In this document: piece by piece, positions 9,970 to 26,937 of the stretch
Numbering within the stretch: the first letter of the stretch is position 1
Layout: each line of letters starts with the position of its first letter
DNA from: an uncultured delta proteobacterium
Lineage (GTDB): Bacteria; Myxococcota; UBA727; VGSZ01
Direction of reading: 5' to 3'
Assembly: GCA_963775425.1 (NCBI GenBank)
Contig: CAVZJB010000016.1
Coordinates: forward strand, 608,001-672,000
Length of the DNA stretch: 64,000 nt
Made by a program: the position numbers and the translations under genes
The notes under the pieces: model-generated
The model's input: the letters and a program-made list of their open reading frames with translations, nothing else
What the model was told of the DNA's origin: nothing
Databases searched by the model: none

Positions 9970-9988
9970 GCGCGATGGTACCGCCGCG

Positions 9989-10050
9989 TCGACGCGCTGT
10001 CCTCGACGCGCTGTCCTCGACGCGCTGTCCTCGACGCGCTGTCCTCGACG
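9989..10050. repeat. Non-coding 14-bp tandem repeat TCGACGCGCTGTCC x4.4
   Basis: Four perfect copies plus TCGACG, starting 20 bp upstream of the SDR start. Confidence 0.95.
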
Positions 10051-10085
10051 GCACCGCGAGGCCCCGTGCGTGGCCGGTCTTCGGC

Positions 10086-10122
10086 AAAAAAGAAGCGCGC
10101 CCCGGGGACACCGGGGCGCGCT
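10086..10122 (-). terminator. Intrinsic terminator downstream of rpoC
   Basis: 12-bp stem AGCGCGCCCCGG-GGACA-CCGGGGCGCGCT followed on the minus strand by TCTTTTTT. Confidence 0.85.
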
Positions 10123-10159
10123 CGAGGCGGCGCTGAGCCGCCGTCGGGTGCGTTGAGGC

Positions 10160-14347
<4,188 letters not shown>

Positions 14348-14390
14348 GTGTTGCCCTCAGTGGAATCGGAGAAAGGGTGTGCGGAAGGGG

Positions 14391-14834
14391 TCAGGCGAGG
14401 CCGACGTCCGTGTGGACGTCGCCGGCGAAGAGAAGGACGCCGTGCTCGGGGTCGTCGGGGACCGCGACGAGCATGCCGCGCGTACCGAGCCAGCCGTGGC
14501 GCCCGGCGGCGAGCGGGACGGCGTGGATGCGGTGGTAGCCGGGCTCCACGAGCAGGTTCAGCACCTCACCGGTCTCCGCCACCTCGAAGGCGTCGAAGTC
14601 CGTGGTGTGCTTCACGTGCGACTCGAGGAGCGCGGCGTCGGGCGCCACGCGCGAGTAGACGACCCAGCGCTGCCCCGCGCGGGCACCGCCGCGCTCCGTG
14701 GGGAGAGCGACGGTGACGCGGAACTTGCGCGAGAGCCGCGCCTCGTCGTCAGCGAGGAACGACGAGGCCGCCTCGAAGTCGACGCCGGCGAAGGCGTGAC
14801 CGATGGAAGCGAAGACGTCTCGGATGCTGTTCAT
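14391..14834 (-). CDS. Hypothetical 147-aa protein between rpoB and rpoC
   Basis: ATG with GAGG 7 nt upstream, genome-like GC3-rich codons, fills the gap without overlaps; family not recognised. Confidence 0.7.
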   Translation of the reverse strand: MNSIRDVFASIGHAFAGVDFEAASSFLADDEARLSRKFRVTVALPTERGGARAGQRWVVYSRVAPDAALLESHVKHTTDFDAFEVAETGEVLNLLVEPGYHRIHAVPLAAGRHGWLGTRGMLVAVPDDPEHGVLLFAGDVHTDVGLA

Positions 14835-14865
14835 GATGAATCCTCGTCGTGCGATGTCGCCCGGC

Positions 14866-14920
14866 GCCGGCCGCGAGGCGGGGGACGAGCCGGCCGCGAG
14901 GCGGGGGACGAGCCCCCGCC
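14866..14920. repeat. Perfect 23-bp tandem duplication plus complementary arm
   Basis: GCCGGCCGCGAGGCGGGGGACGA x2 (14866-14911), then CCCCCGCC, which can pair with either copy. Confidence 0.9.
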
Positions 14921-14934
14921 CGACGGCGTGGCGT

Positions 14935-19065
<4,131 letters not shown>

Positions 19066-19153
19066 TCGGATGGACCCTCGGTGATGACGCCCCCCACCCG
19101 TGCGTGGCACGGAGCAAAGGGCATGGCACGGATTGTGGAAACCGACGTGTCGC

Positions 19154-19182
19154 GGCTTAAGAGATCACAGGTCCGGTGTCAA
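19154..19182 (-). promoter_or_regulatory. Candidate sigma70 promoter of rpoB
   Basis: Perfect TTGACA at 19182-19177; weak -10 (TTAAGC/TAAGCC) 16-17 nt downstream; AT-rich upstream tract. Confidence 0.5.
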
Positions 19183-19378
19183 GTGCTCGCGGTCGCAGCG
19201 GATCCATAAGAAAAACCACCACTTGACGCTTCGCGTCCGGACGCCGTCCGACCGGCAGCGCGGGCGCTTCTCCCTCGGGACACGCGCGCTCCTCGACGGT
19301 GCCGCGGCGGCTCGAGCGACCTCGCGCCCGGCGCTGCGCGCGTTGGCAGCAAAGCGGAGGGCGGGCTATTGAGCCTCG

Positions 19379-21811
19379 ATGCAGGCTGGCGCTCTCGCGT
19401 TGATCGTCGGCGGCGCCGAACGCCAGGCGAGCCTGGTCCTGGCGCTCGAGCGCCGCGGCATCGGGGCCGTCGCCGTCGAGGACACCGTCGCCGCCATGGC
19501 CGCCCTCGGCCGCGCGAGATTCCGCGCCCTCATCGTGCTCGGCAACGACAAGTCCGCGGCCCTGCCCTTGCGCGTGCTGTGTCGGGTGGCCCGGCACCGG
19601 CACGCGGGCATCGGCGTCGTCGTCATGCGCGGCCCCGCGGCCGTCGTCGTCGACGAGGACCCGGAGTCGCGCCTCGAAGAGGTCCCGCTCGACGCCACGG
19701 ACGACGAGATCGCCGCCCGCGCCGTCGACGTCATGCCCGTGGACGACGCGGACGCCTCCTTCGACGACGTCACGAGCCCCGATCTCCCCTTGCCCGGCAC
19801 GGCGGCCCCGCTCCTCGAGGGCACGCTCGCCGGGAGCGCCGGCGCCGGCATCCTCGCCGGCATCTTCGCGCAGGAGCTCACGGGCCGCCTCACCGTCGCC
19901 GACGGCGAGGCGCGCGGCGTCCTCTACTTCGCCGCCGGCGAGCCCGTCGCCGTCGACGAGGACGAGGAGCCCACCGCGCGCCACACCGGCACCCCCGGCG
20001 AGGTCCTGCACGCGCACCGCGCCAAGGTGCGCCGGCGTGTGGTCGACTTCATCGAGCAGGACACCGGCGCCTTCAATTTCGTCGAGGACCGGAGCTTCCT
20101 CGACGTCAGGCTGCTCTCCAAGGTGAGCCCCTTCGGCCTCATCCTCGACGCGCGCAGGAAGAGCACCACGCCCGCGAGCCTCCTCGATCTGCACGCGCAG
20201 ATGGCGGGGCGCTACATGGCCGCCGGCGTCGGCCTCGACCGCGCCGACGCACGCCTGCGCCAGTTCACCCGCGACAAGAGCATCGCCGAGGCGCTCCGCG
20301 GCGACGGCGTCACCGTCGAGCATTTCCTCGCCGACGTCGGCCTCGACCCGCTCATGGGCACCCTCGTCGTGCTCACCCTCGCCGAGGCCCGCCTCGTCAC
20401 CCTCAGCGACGACGCGCCGCCGCGCACGGCCACCATCTCGCTCGGGGAGATCCGGGCAGCGCCGAACCCGTTCGTGCTCGGCGAGCAGAACTCCGCGCTC
20501 GTCGACAACACCCTGCCCGAGGCCATGGCGCTGCGCGAGCAGGTCGACCGCCTCTACGTCGAGCTCAAGCCCGCCCGCGATCCGTACGCCGTGCTCGGCG
20601 TCGCCGCCGGCGCGTCCGCCGCCGACGTCGACGCCGCGTACCGGCGGCGCATGGCCGCCCTCAACGTGGACGCCGACGCCGACACCGGCGTCCTCGCGCG
20701 CCTCGACGAGCTGCGCCGCAAGGTGGACCAGGCGCGCGCCACGCTCGTCGAGGAGGAGCGGCCGGCGGCGGCCAGGCTCGAGCAGCTCGGCCGCTACGAG
20801 GTGCTCGGTCCGCTCGGCGTCGGCGGCATGGCCGAGGTCTTCCTCGGCAGGCGCGTGGGCCCCGGCGACGTCGAGACGCGCGTGGTCATCAAGCGCATCC
20901 ACAAGGAGCTGTCGCGCAGCCCACGGATCGTGCGCATGTTCCTCGAGGAGGCGCGCATCGCCGCGTCGCTGGCGCACCCGAACGTCGTGCAGATCTACGA
21001 CCTCGGCGAGAGCAACGGCGAGTACTACCTCGTGATGGAGCTCGTCGACGGGCCCAACCTCGACAGCCTCCTGCAGGACGCCCGGCGCGCGGGCATCTCC
21101 GTGCCGATCGACATCGCGGCGTACGTCGTGGGCGAGGTGTGCGCGGCGTTGAAGGCGGCGCACACGCACCTCGACGAGACCGGGCGCCCGGTGCCGATCA
21201 TCCACCGCGACGTCAGCACCCACAACGTGCTCCTGTCGAGCGGTGGGCAGGTGAAGCTCGCGGACTTCGGCGTCGCCAAGAGCGCCGACGCGCTCGACAA
21301 GACCATCCCCGGCATGCTCAAGGGCAAGGCGCACTACCTCGCGCCCGAGTACATCCGCGGCGCCCCCGCCGACGCCCGCACCGACGTGTTCGCGGCCGGC
21401 ATCGTCCTGTACCAGTGCCTCACCGGCGAGCACCCCTTCGAGCGCGCCACCGCCAATCAGGCCATGAACGCCATCCTCACCATGGCCTGCCCGCCGGTGG
21501 GTCTCAGCCGCGGCGACGTGCCGCGCGCCCTCGAGCAGATCGTCGCGCGCGCCACCGCCCACGACGTGCGCGAGCGCTTCCAGTCCGCGCACGCGCTCCA
21601 CCTCGCGCTCGACTCCTTCTGCGCGGCCACCGGCATGATGGGCGGCGCCACGCACCTCGCGCGCTTCGTGAGCAGCGTCCTCGCGGCGCGGCCGTCGTCG
21701 TCGGAGCCGGCGGAGGTGAGGAGCCCGACGCCGATGCCCTCGCCCGCGGACACCGCGCCCGGCTTCGAGGATCAGACGCTCGAGCTCACCTGGCCGTTCG
21801 CCAAGCCGTGA
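19379..21811 (+). CDS. Multidomain Ser/Thr protein kinase (degenerate receiver, DUF4388-like, J-like, C-terminal kinase)
   Basis: GVGGMAEVF, VVIKRI, IIHRDVSTHNV, VKLADFG, YLAPE; DPYAVLGV..AAYRR J-like helices. Confidence 0.88.
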   Translation: MQAGALALIVGGAERQASLVLALERRGIGAVAVEDTVAAMAALGRARFRALIVLGNDKSAALPLRVLCRVARHRHAGIGVVVMRGPAAVVVDEDPESRLEEVPLDATDDEIAARAVDVMPVDDADASFDDVTSPDLPLPGTAAPLLEGTLAGSAGAGILAGIFAQELTGRLTVADGEARGVLYFAAGEPVAVDEDEEPTARHTGTPGEVLHAHRAKVRRRVVDFIEQDTGAFNFVEDRSFLDVRLLSKVSPFGLILDARRKSTTPASLLDLHAQMAGRYMAAGVGLDRADARLRQFTRDKSIAEALRGDGVTVEHFLADVGLDPLMGTLVVLTLAEARLVTLSDDAPPRTATISLGEIRAAPNPFVLGEQNSALVDNTLPEAMALREQVDRLYVELKPARDPYAVLGVAAGASAADVDAAYRRRMAALNVDADADTGVLARLDELRRKVDQARATLVEEERPAAARLEQLGRYEVLGPLGVGGMAEVFLGRRVGPGDVETRVVIKRIHKELSRSPRIVRMFLEEARIAASLAHPNVVQIYDLGESNGEYYLVMELVDGPNLDSLLQDARRAGISVPIDIAAYVVGEVCAALKAAHTHLDETGRPVPIIHRDVSTHNVLLSSGGQVKLADFGVAKSADALDKTIPGMLKGKAHYLAPEYIRGAPADARTDVFAAGIVLYQCLTGEHPFERATANQAMNAILTMACPPVGLSRGDVPRALEQIVARATAHDVRERFQSAHALHLALDSFCAATGMMGGATHLARFVSSVLAARPSSSEPAEVRSPTPMPSPADTAPGFEDQTLELTWPFAKP

Positions 21812-21820
21812 GCCGAGGGC

Positions 21821-24274
21821 TCACGCGACGTTCCAGCGCGCGACGGGGGTGGCGAAGCCTCGCTCGACGACCTCGACCGTGAAACCGCCGGCGAGCGGCG
21901 GCAGGGGCACGGTCACGTCGACGACGGCGGGCAGCTCCCGGCCGGCGGCGCGCTCGGCCTCGGTGCACCAGGTGTCGAGGTGCACCGTGACGACGCGCGC
22001 GGCGGCGTCGACGGTGACGGAGTGCGCGATGTGCCACGGGCGGTCCGGGACGGTCCCGCGGATGTGGAGGGCGCCCCTGTCGACGTCGAGCATGCCACGC
22101 AGGGAGCGGCGCCAATCCCAGGGCCCGCCGGGCCAATCCTCGACGACGACGCCGGTCGCCGCGCGGGACGGCGGGCGCGAAGCGGACGCGAGCGGCGCGG
22201 TCGACGGCGTGGCCGGCCACGGCGGGGGCGCCGGCGTAAAGTCGCGGCGCGGCTCCGCCCACGGCGGCGGCGGCGCGCCCGGCGGCGGCGCCAGGTAGGT
22301 GCGGAGCATGTCCTGCCACCCCGGCAGCTCGGTCGACGGGTAGCCGTTTTCGAGCGGCGACAGCGGCGCGTACGCCGACAGGCCGCGCGCGTTGGTGGTG
22401 CGCCCCACCCGGGCGCTCGTGGCCGCGTAGCTCGACGCGGCGAGCGCGTGCAGGAGCGCGAACGCCGCCGCGCGCAGCGGCCCGTCGGGGAACGCCCCGG
22501 CGATGCGATCCGCGAAGTCACCGAGGTCCATCTGCAGCGTGCCCCCGAAGCGCAGCGTCTCGAGGTAGATGGACCGCAGGGCCGGGTTGCCCGAGAAGCC
22601 GCCGGCGTCGACGACGGCGCGGGCGAGATCCTCGACGCCGGTGCGCACTGCGGCGAGCGCGTCGAGGCGCGTGGCCGACATCGTGATGTTCCTGGCGCCG
22701 CCGCCGGCGTAGGTGTCGACGATGCTGCGAGCGACGTCGCCGGCCTCGAGCGCTCCCCCGTCGCGGGCGAGCGCGGCCAGGCGCTCGAGGAGCGCGGCGT
22801 ACGGCCAGCCCGTGCTCGGCTCCACCTCTTCGCTGCCGACGAGCCACGACGCGCCCAGGCGCTCGCCGACGGAGGCGACCTCGGCGCTGGCCATGAGGCA
22901 CGCGTCGAACGCGATGATGTCGAGCGAGAGCCCCTCGAGCGCGGTGGTGAGATCGCCGCGCGCCACGCGCAGCAAGGTGCCGCTGGTGTCGTCGATGCCG
23001 GCCATGTCCCACGCGCGGCCGTGGTCCCACACGTCGAGGAGGAAGTGCTCCGACGGGAACGCCTGCTGCACGTACTGCACGGCCGCCCGCAGGACGCGCG
23101 GATCGCCCATGTCCAGCTCGCCGTCGCCCGCCGCGAGGAGCCGGCCGAGGGAGGAGGCCGGATCGACGTCGAGGGTCTTCAGGCTGCCCTTCTCGACGAA
23201 GACGAGGCGGCTTTTGTCCGCGCGCCCGTCGACGAGCGCGAGCACGTTCATCTGGCCGGGCAGCGACCCGACGCGCGCCATCTCGGCGAGGTCGGCCTTG
23301 CCCGCGCCGTCGAGGTTGTTGTCGGCGTTCAGGTAGACGAAGAACGTCCACGGCGCGCGGGGGACGCTCCCGAGGAGCGCCGGCGGCAGCGGCGGCGGGG
23401 CTGCGGCGTTTCCGCGCCACCGCGCGAAGGCCGCGGCGACGTCGGCGGCGTCGACGCCGGTGCCGCGCACGAACGGGTCGGCGCCGCGGCGGAGCGCCAG
23501 GCGGGACAGCGGCGACAGGTCTGTGAGCCCCGGGCTCCCCTCGATGAACACGTCGCCGACGGCGCGCAGCGACGACAGCGCCGACAGGTCCGTGAGCGCG
23601 CGGTTGTCGTGAAGGCTCAGGAACATGTCGAGCTGCGTGATGCCCTCGAGCCCGGCGAGCCCCGTGACGGGGAGCCGGTTGAGCTGGAGCCCGGCGGCGT
23701 CGCGCAGCCGCAGCCCGCGCAGGGTGGTGAGCGCGGGGAGATCGCCGATGACGACGAAGCCCGCGCGCGCGACGCCGAGGCCGTCGAGGCGCGCGAGCTT
23801 CGGGCACTCCTCGATGCGCACCGAGCCGTCGACGCGCGTGAGCCCGGCGAGCGGCAGCGCCGCCACGGACAACCCGTGCACCATCAGGTCGCCCGACACG
23901 CGCTCGAGCGGCGGCGAGAGCGCCGCGAGGTCGGCCTCGTCGATGTCCGGCGCGCACAGCGTGAGGTCGCCGTCGATGGACCGGACGCCCGCGAGCTGCC
24001 GCAGGTCGGCGCGCGAGCGGACGACGACGTTCTTCATCAGGACGGGCGGCAGGAGCGCGTCCGCCTTGGACGCGCGCAGGACCGACAGCGGGGTGCCGTT
24101 TGGCCCGTCGCCGGCGCCGACGGCGGCGCCCGCGACGGCGGCGCCCGCGCCCGCGCCGCCGCCCCAGGCGTCGAGCGGCGCCTCCCCGCCTTTGTCGCCG
24201 TCCGGGACGACCCGCTCGCGCACGTCGGCGATGCGCGGGGCGGTGGGGCTGCCGGGGACGCGAACGACGGGCAC
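21821..24274 (-). CDS. Clostripain-family (C11) cysteine peptidase with N-terminal L-domain/LRR repeats
   Basis: WTFFVYLNADNNL, WDHGRAW, IIAFDACLM, VGSEE; LxxLxxV(D/S)GxL repeats. Confidence 0.85.
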   Translation of the reverse strand: MPVVRVPGSPTAPRIADVRERVVPDGDKGGEAPLDAWGGGAGAGAAVAGAAVGAGDGPNGTPLSVLRASKADALLPPVLMKNVVVRSRADLRQLAGVRSIDGDLTLCAPDIDEADLAALSPPLERVSGDLMVHGLSVAALPLAGLTRVDGSVRIEECPKLARLDGLGVARAGFVVIGDLPALTTLRGLRLRDAAGLQLNRLPVTGLAGLEGITQLDMFLSLHDNRALTDLSALSSLRAVGDVFIEGSPGLTDLSPLSRLALRRGADPFVRGTGVDAADVAAAFARWRGNAAAPPPLPPALLGSVPRAPWTFFVYLNADNNLDGAGKADLAEMARVGSLPGQMNVLALVDGRADKSRLVFVEKGSLKTLDVDPASSLGRLLAAGDGELDMGDPRVLRAAVQYVQQAFPSEHFLLDVWDHGRAWDMAGIDDTSGTLLRVARGDLTTALEGLSLDIIAFDACLMASAEVASVGERLGASWLVGSEEVEPSTGWPYAALLERLAALARDGGALEAGDVARSIVDTYAGGGARNITMSATRLDALAAVRTGVEDLARAVVDAGGFSGNPALRSIYLETLRFGGTLQMDLGDFADRIAGAFPDGPLRAAAFALLHALAASSYAATSARVGRTTNARGLSAYAPLSPLENGYPSTELPGWQDMLRTYLAPPPGAPPPPWAEPRRDFTPAPPPWPATPSTAPLASASRPPSRAATGVVVEDWPGGPWDWRRSLRGMLDVDRGALHIRGTVPDRPWHIAHSVTVDAAARVVTVHLDTWCTEAERAAGRELPAVVDVTVPLPPLAGGFTVEVVERGFATPVARWNVA

Positions 24275-24283
24275 GCGGCGAGC

Positions 24284-24847
24284 CTAGGGGATGCCCGCCG
24301 GGGCGTCCTCGGCAAGGGAGCGGAGGCGTGACGCCAGGCGCTCCCAGGTGTCCTCGAGGGCCTCGCTGATGACCTTGGTGTCGGCGATGGCGGGCATGAA
24401 GTTCACGTCGCCCCGCCAGCGCGGCATCGCGTGCCAGTGCAGGTGCTCGGCGATGCCGGCGCCGCCGGCCTCGCCCATGTTCATGCCGAGGTTCATGCCC
24501 GCGGGCTCGTACGCCTCCCGCAGCGCCGCCACCGTCTCCTTCAACAGCGCCTGCAGCCCGTGGAAGACGTCGTCGGGGAGGCTCTCGAGCCGATCGGTGT
24601 GGGTGCGCGGCACGACCATCACGTGGCCGTTGGTGTACGGGTACTTGTTGAGGATGACGAACGCGTGCGCCCGCGAGGTCACCACGAGCCGCCGCCGATC
24701 CCAGTCGCGGCGGGAGGTGCCGTCGGCGGGCGCGGCCCCGGCGGCGAGCGGGTAGTCGCAGAAGATGCAGCCCGACGGCCGCGGGATGTCGTCCTTGGCC
24801 TGGCCCTGCAAGAAAGCCAGGCGCCAGGGTGCGTACATGCGATCCAC
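24284..24847 (-). CDS. HIT family nucleotide hydrolase
   Basis: YAPWR, CIFC, LNKYPYTNGHVMVVP, GAGIAEHLHWH; GTG start. Confidence 0.92.
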   Translation of the reverse strand: MDRMYAPWRLAFLQGQAKDDIPRPSGCIFCDYPLAAGAAPADGTSRRDWDRRRLVVTSRAHAFVILNKYPYTNGHVMVVPRTHTDRLESLPDDVFHGLQALLKETVAALREAYEPAGMNLGMNMGEAGGAGIAEHLHWHAMPRWRGDVNFMPAIADTKVISEALEDTWERLASRLRSLAEDAPAGIP

Positions 24848-24849
24848 GA

Positions 24850-25185
24850 TCAGCCCTTGGCGGCGTCGGGGACGGGAGCGGGCGCGGGCGCCGCGGCGTC
24901 GTTCACCGCGAGGTTCACGCGATCCTTCAGCTCCTTGCCGCAGGTGAAGAAGGGCACCCACTTCTGCGGCACCTGCACCTTGGCGCCCGTGCGCGGGTTG
25001 CGTCCCTCGCGCGCCCGGCGCGGCTTGGCGATGAAGCTGCCGAAGCCGCGGATCTCGATGCGGTCGTGCCGCGCGAGCGCCGCCCGCATGCTGTCGAAGA
25101 TGGTGTCGACGACAATCTCCACGTCCCGCTTCGACATGTCCGGCACCTGCCGGGAGACCTCTTCGATGAGCTCGGACTTCGTCAC
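24850..25185 (-). CDS. ihfB: Integration host factor subunit beta
   Basis: MTKSELIE, RIEIRGFGSF, GRNPRTG, VPFFTCGKELK. Confidence 0.9.
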   Translation of the reverse strand: MTKSELIEEVSRQVPDMSKRDVEIVVDTIFDSMRAALARHDRIEIRGFGSFIAKPRRAREGRNPRTGAKVQVPQKWVPFFTCGKELKDRVNLAVNDAAAPAPAPVPDAAKG

Positions 25186-25236
25186 CTTCCCTGGTTAGCG
25201 CGGGCGGCGGGTATCGTGCAAGTGCGCGTTTGCACG

Positions 25237-26937
25237 TCAGAAAACGCGGCGCACCTCGGCCCCGAGGTAGTAGTGGCGGAGGATTTCCCGGTAGCCGTAG
25301 CCGGCCTCGGCCATGCCGATGGCGCCCTGCTGGCACATGCCCGCCCCGTGGCCGAAGCCGGCGCCCTCGAGGGTCACGCCGGTGAGGGCGCCGCCGGCGT
25401 CGCGCTCCTCGTCGATGACGAACAGGCCCGAGCGCAGGTGGGAGAGCCGCCGGCGGACCGGGAGCTCCCGCAGCACCCGGGCCTTGCCCCGGCTGCCCTC
25501 CACCAGGAGGGAGCGCAGTCGGCCGCCCGCGCCGCGCTCGTCGATGGAGATGCGCTGCACCTCGCCGACGCCGAGGTCGGCGAAGGCGGCGTCGAGCTCC
25601 TCCCGGGTGAAGTGTCGGGTCCAGCGCCACGCGTCGCCCTTCTGGTTGAACGAGGAGCGGCCGCAGAACGCCGCCGACCGCGGCAGCTTCAAGAACGCGC
25701 GCACCGCGGCCTCGCTCCTGAGGTCCACTGGGACCTGGTGGACGGCGCGCACGGCGAACGCGGAGGAGAGCACGGCGTCGTGGGCGCCGGGGGCGTCGGC
25801 GCGGCCGATGAGCGCGCGCTGCGGGGGCCGGTCCCAGACGACGTCCGCGGCCTCGGTGTGGCCGCCGCAGCAAGCGGAGTAGACGCTGTCGACGAGCTCT
25901 CCGCCCGAGAAGCACAGCTCGCCGCGGGTGGCGAGGGCGGCCTCGGTGGCGCGCGGGGCTTCGGCGCTGACGCCTTTGTAGACCTGGCAGTGCTGCTCGC
26001 TGCACACGAGCTCGGGATCCGCGAAGTGCCGCCGGCCGATCTTGGCGAACAGCTCTCCGCGCGCCGTCACCGCCTGGGCCTTGAGGGCCTCGAGCGGCGC
26101 GGACGCGAACATCTCCGAGGGCAGGACGCCGGCGACGAGCTGGTCCTCGTCGACGAGGTTCACCACCGCGAGCGTGCCCTTCTTGTCGGGGAGGACCACC
26201 ACCTCGCCGCGCAGGACGCGGTCGGCGTAGCCGTGCTCGGCGTAGCCGACGCCGTGCTCGACGTCGTGGACGGTGAGGACGCCGCCGTCTTTCGCGGTGA
26301 TGCGCGCGGCGGGGCCGCGCAGGCCCGCGGCGCGCACGCCCCCGGTGGGGAGCTTCACCAGGCGCTCGATGGGCGCCGGGCGCGCGCCGAGCTTCTCGAG
26401 CGCGGCCACGTCGGAGCTCCGGGTGACGACGAGGACGGCGCGGTTGTCGACGACGGTGCCCTTGACGCCGTAGACGCCGCCGACCTCCATGAGCTCGACG
26501 TCGACGCCCTTGTCCTTCCAGCGGGCCGCGGCCTCGTGCTTCTCGGCGCGCGCGTCGCCCTCGAGGGTCTCGAGGACGAGGACCTTCTCGACCACCGCGG
26601 GGGCGCCGCCGGACTTCTCGACGACGACCTTGTCGCCCCCGGCGAGCTCACGCCGGTTGTCGCCGACCACGACCACGAGCCCGCCGGCGGCCTCGACGAC
26701 GACGTCGCGCGCGCCCTGCATGAGCCCGACCGGCACCAGCGGCCGCCCGTCGGGCGCGAACAGCAGCCGGTGGCTGTACAGATCGACGACGATGCCGCCG
26801 GTGGCCTCGGCCCGCGCCCCGCCCGCGAGCCCCGTGACCGCAGGGAGCGCCGTGACCGCGGTGAGCGCCGTGACCGCGGTGAGCGCCGGCGCGAGCAGCG
26901 GCCGCCGCCCCCGCGCTCGTCGTCGTGGAGCGCTCAC
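25237..26937 (-). CDS. SpoIID/LytB domain protein
   Basis: LPSEM..APLEALKAQAVTAR, CQVYKG, YSACCGGHTE, GFGHGAGMCQQGA; GTG overlapping the thrC stop (start uncertain). Confidence 0.9.
   Translation of the reverse strand: MSAPRRRARGRRPLLAPALTAVTALTAVTALPAVTGLAGGARAEATGGIVVDLYSHRLLFAPDGRPLVPVGLMQGARDVVVEAAGGLVVVVGDNRRELAGGDKVVVEKSGGAPAVVEKVLVLETLEGDARAEKHEAAARWKDKGVDVELMEVGGVYGVKGTVVDNRAVLVVTRSSDVAALEKLGARPAPIERLVKLPTGGVRAAGLRGPAARITAKDGGVLTVHDVEHGVGYAEHGYADRVLRGEVVVLPDKKGTLAVVNLVDEDQLVAGVLPSEMFASAPLEALKAQAVTARGELFAKIGRRHFADPELVCSEQHCQVYKGVSAEAPRATEAALATRGELCFSGGELVDSVYSACCGGHTEAADVVWDRPPQRALIGRADAPGAHDAVLSSAFAVRAVHQVPVDLRSEAAVRAFLKLPRSAAFCGRSSFNQKGDAWRWTRHFTREELDAAFADLGVGEVQRISIDERGAGGRLRSLLVEGSRGKARVLRELPVRRRLSHLRSGLFVIDEERDAGGALTGVTLEGAGFGHGAGMCQQGAIGMAEAGYGYREILRHYYLGAEVRRVF

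Noticed and set aside
6040-10050. Tandem repeat tracts as a possible CRISPR array
   Set aside because: Units are contiguous with no unique spacers, most are in-frame coding linkers, and no cas genes are present.
26845-26890. 18-bp repeat (ALTAVT) in the SpoIID signal region
   Set aside because: Short in-frame duplication in a hydrophobic leader; no evidence of a separate function.
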